This document shows positions 60,127-64,000 of a stretch of 64,000 nt of DNA, one piece after another (the stretch's first letter is position 1; every line of letters starts with the position of its first letter). Made by a program: the position numbers and the translations under genes. The notes beneath the pieces are model-generated. The model had not been told where the DNA came from. It did not search any database and worked only from the letters and a program-made list of their open reading frames with translations. This DNA is from Vitrella brassicaformis CCMP3155 (Eukaryota > Protista > Chromerida). The DNA lies in contig CDMY01000292.1 in the NCBI GenBank assembly GCA_001179505.1, positions 62,001 to 126,000 on the forward strand, in the 5' to 3' direction.

Positions 60127-61022
60127 TCATTCGCAGCCGATGGCCTCCTCTATGTCCTGCAGGCGCCGCTGCAGCCCCAAGATCTGCTGACACAGAGACG
60201 TCTTCTCGCCCTTCAATGTCGTCACCTACACCACACCCTAATGTGAGCGGTTGCAACACTCAGACGAACAGAGGGGGGCTGCCCTGGTACTTACCTGCTG
60301 CTGGAGCCGCGAGTTCTCGGCTTTCTGCTGTCCGAGGTGTTTTTTGATCTCTTCTTGCAGCCTGGCGATGTCGCCCGACATGGCCTTCTTGAGCTCCAAC
60401 AGTTGACTGTGATAATGATGCTGGCACACACACACACACAAACAGCAGAGAGAGAGATATAGAGAGAGAGAGATGGAGCGCCATGATTTGTCCCTTGTGT
60501 GTGCATGGTCGGTCTGCTGCTGACTTCAAGGTTTTGTTTGTCGGCTCGTAATGCCTCAATCTCCTGTCGTTGGGCAGCCAGCTCCTCATTCTGCACACTG
60601 ATGTACTCCTGCATTGAGATTGCATGCACCCACACATCGAATGCACACCACATGCAGGGGCAGGCCATGCACTTCGGTCTCTTCTCTCTCCGTCGACCCA
60701 CCTCCAGGGACGCCAGTTTGCCCTTCAGCCCAGTGCCCCCCTGACTCGTGCGTGTCTGTCCGACCAGAACAACACAAGCGATACACACGAGTGTTGCCGC
60801 CCCTGCACGTGTGTGTTATCCCTCGTCTGGTTGCCATGACCGTGTTCATCATGTTCTGTGCGCTGAGGGCCATCGTGTTGGGTGGAGTCTTGGCGTGAGG
60901 GGGCGACACCGCTGTGTCATCCATATGGTGTTGTGCGAGGGGGGGCGACGGGGGAAAGGAAAACGAAGCCATACAGGGGTGTATGAGAGGTCAAAGGTGA
61001 TGTTCGTTCACTTACCTGCCAT
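60127..61022 (-). CDS. Small coiled-coil protein
   Basis: A 7-nt first exon (ATGGCAG|gtaag) is in phase with AVSPPHAK. C-terminal heptads QEYISVQNEELAAQRQEIEAL..LQEEIKKHLGQQKAENSRLQQQ|VTTLKGEKTSLCQQILGLQRRLQDIEEAIGCE*. Confidence 0.7.
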
Positions 61023-61508
61023 TTTGGCAATGGTGAAGTGGGAGCAAAAGGGAGAACTGAAGCGCGCATGGGTCGAGAAAAAACGGCCGAAGCCGTTAGA
61101 TCGAACTCATCACCCTTTGCCCCATCGATGATAACGAGCTGAGGGCGTCATGACTCATTCAGCGGCATGACATTTATGTCGACGCGTTTCAAGTGCCAAG
61201 ATCCAAGGCCTTGACCTGCTCTCTATAGCTATCTACCTAACTGTACCATGTCGCACAGAATCAGGCTGGGCTAATTCGCCGCCCGACTAAATCACCCTAG
61301 TACTCTGTCTGGTACACACAGAAAGACTTGAGTTGTCCGATACCCACAAATACATACAGAGGGCATAAATACGGCGTTATGCACGTCTACGCTGCGACAT
61401 GACAAATACAGAAGGCACAACTGAGACATGAGATCCCCTACAGCCACAAAGAGAGCATTCTCCCCTCCCCCGTCCCCCCTGTCCCTCCCCCCCGCCCCCC
61501 GAATTCAC

Positions 61509-64000
61509 TCACAAGTACACCTGCTGAGTGTCTGTGATGGGCTGTCGGCATCTCGGGCACAGGCGGTCGGCCGGGGGGCCGCTCATCAACACGCCAGCAC
61601 ACCCACCACACAGACAGATGTGGCGCTGCATGCACACACGGATACCAAACAGACATGTAATAATGACGGCAGCACGGCGTGACACTGTTGTGCTTACACA
61701 TGGGACGAGTAGAGTGGACTTGTAGTCGGCCATGCAGACGTCGCACTTCAAACCGTCGTCAGCTGCAGCCGGTGTGGTATCACTGCTGGCCTGCTGGTGC
61801 TGCTGCTGCAGGTGGTGACTCGACTGGACAAGCCTGAGGAGAATAAGATGGCATTCATACACGAAGAGACATGTGGATGGATGGATGTCGGTCTCATGTC
61901 GATTGGCTCACTTCCACTGTGCTTCTTGCAGCTGCCGTATCAGCGCGTCGTTCTCCTGATCCTTTTGGCTCAGTTGTCGGCGGAGCTGACCCACCAGATG
62001 CTCGGCAGCAGCAGCACTGTCCGTCCCAACTCCGCTCTCTCCCCCGCCACAGCGTCCTCTCTGTCCATCCGCTGCCTGTGAGCTGCTGCCGGCCGATACG
62101 GACGTCCGCTGTGCCAATGCCGTGTTGGCGAGTGGGCGGACAAGCCCGGGGGGAGGGGGCTGCTGCGGTCGGGGAGGCAATGGAGAGGAGCCGATGGACG
62201 GCGGCATAGCAGCCATTGGGACGAGGGGCGGGGGGCCGCTGACACACAAACACGATACACACACACGATGAGTGAATGTGTCTCTGTCTGTCTGTCTGTC
62301 TGTGCGTACCGGTGTGCGCGTGTTTGGGTGGGCATGTTAGTATCCAGTCCACGGCCGGCAGGGGGCCGCCGTGCAGCAGACGTGAAAGGCAGACCACTGA
62401 TACTGCACCAACACAACGGATAGAGAGAAGACCACACACACACTGTGCACTTAGAGTGGGCAGCAATGCGCATATGAAATTCGGCTTACTTGAGCGGCTG
62501 TGTATGGGTCACAGGTGCATGCTGGCGTGTGGATGCCGGCTCTTGTTGGTCTGGCTGGAGGTGTGAACGTGCCTTCTTGTTTTTCTTTCGGACGACGGTC
62601 ACGAACTCTGCGTCGCTTTCCTCACGATCGACAGACGAGGTGGCGGGGGCAGGGACGGCAGACGAAACATCACACGACGGTGAAGGGGCAGCACTGCACA
62701 CAGAGAGAGAGGGAGGGAGAGGGAGAGACGGTGTCAGTGAGGCAATGAGGCCGTCTTCACTGTGGCTGTGTGTGGTTACGGTTGGGGGTCGGCAGATGGA
62801 GTAGAGGGCGGCTGCTCGTCTGCGTCGGTCTCGACCGCACCAGTGGCCACACTAAGGAATGACACACACAGAACACAAATCATCTCTGCACATCTGATGG
62901 CCACTCGCGAGTGTATGGGTGATCCCACCTGCTGTCGGGTGCCTCGTCGTCCTCAATCGCTTCAAGCTCGATGGACACTGGCCGCTGCTGCTGCTCGCGC
63001 TGTTGCTGCTGCTGGTGTCCACCGATCTTGCCGCCTCTCTTGGCCTTCTTGGCCTTCTCCCTCGCCTCCTCAGCTATCAGCTCCTCGGCCATCTTGGCGG
63101 CCATGGCGGCACCACTGTCCTTCTGCTGCTGCTGCGGTGGGGCGCTCGGCTTTTGCATGTCCTTGTGGATGTCCTGCACGAGTTTGCGGATGTAGCGAAG
63201 GGCCGGTGTGGTCCGCACCAGCTGGATGTCCGCACCGTGCCGCAGCAGTGTGCGGACCACCTGCTTGGCCTTGTCGAGCTTCTCTGGTTCCGCCTTGGCT
63301 TTCTGGCGACGACCGGTCAAACAACAGCCCGCAAGCTCAAGCACCGAGATCATGTTGCCCTCTGCTTTTGTGTTGTTGATCTCCTCCTTCCCGAGCCGCT
63401 CGCACAGCCACTCCACCACACAAGGCGCACCCGCAAGGACGGCGGTGCCGAGGGGCGTGTTGCCGTATGCATCCCTGGCTGTGAGGGAGGCGCCGTGTTG
63501 GGCCAGCAGGTCGAGGTAGGCGCATATGAAGTCACGCGACATGACGCTCTCCGCCGCTCCGGCATTGTGGATGGGGGTGCCCTGCCTCTCGCCCCCCGTC
63601 TCGCTTACAAGCGCCGGGTCGTGCTCGAGCATACGACGGTACACATTCAGCAGGTCGGTCTCGTACTGGGGGGACGGAGGGGACGGAAGACATGGCCAAA
63701 AAGCCAGGTGCAGCCCGTGGGTCACCGCACCAGCCCTGAGCAGCACGTCGACGGCCGTGACGTTGGCACACAAGCGGGTCCGATGCAGAGGCCGGCCTTT
63801 TTCATCCGGCCGACCGTTGGGATTGGCCCCGGCCGCTATGAGTGCTTCGAGCACCGCCTGCTGCAGCTCATGGGATGGCCACGGAGGGAGGGTAACGTCC
63901 GTGATCTCCTCACCCACGACATCGTCATCGTCATCGTCATCGATACGCCCGTTGACCACGTCGTCGATGACCAAGGACAGCAACCCCATGGGCGTCAGAC
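61509..64000 (-). CDS. Ankyrin-like module + linker + C3HC4 RING (putative E3); paralog of 13377-16176, 5' end beyond the window
   Basis: ORF 62880-63989 carries the ANK-like module. Same exon structure as 13377-16176; CDVCMADYKSTLLVPC|RHICLCGGCAGVLMSGPPADRLCPRCRQPITDTQQVYL*. Confidence 0.85.

Noticed and set aside
13600-64000. Inverted ANK-RING pair as terminal inverted repeats of a giant transposon or viral insertion
   Set aside because: The interval holds ordinary intron-rich housekeeping genes (SRP68, hexokinase, U2AF35). No transposase, integrase, capsid or target-site duplication was seen, and the copies are well diverged in places.

Overview
Intron-rich, GC-rich eukaryotic genomic DNA with short introns full of (CA)n/(TG)n/(GA)n microsatellites and two 300-N assembly gaps. 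The apicomplexan-type hexokinase, bipartite plastid-like leaders and an expanded ankyrin-like family point to a chromerid alveolate, most likely Vitrella brassicaformis (inference, not a database result). About 17 spliced gene models were assembled by hand from GT-AG junctions and phase. Recognisable housekeeping genes: RMND1/DUF155, SRP68, hexokinase, a GOST/GPR107-like 7TM protein, a GNAT acetyltransferase, a kinesin and U2AF35. Lineage-specific accessory genes include four copies of one ankyrin-like module. Most notable: (1) a ~2,300-codon ANK-ANK-TPR-SET mega-gene joined by 12 in-phase introns but broken by three frame changes, two of which share a 15/16-nt identical motif (CCGCAGCMAGTGACGG); (2) introns whose 5' (CA)n and 3' (TG)n tracts form near-perfect hairpins, including matched interruptions; (3) a ~75-aa N-terminal exon cassette shared by hexokinase and an unrelated neighbour; (4) a signal-peptide protein with three ubiquitin-like domains; (5) an inverted pair of ANK-RING paralogs with patchy hypervariability. 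No rRNA, tRNA, CRISPR array or transposase was recognised. All gene models are manual and need RNA-seq confirmation.
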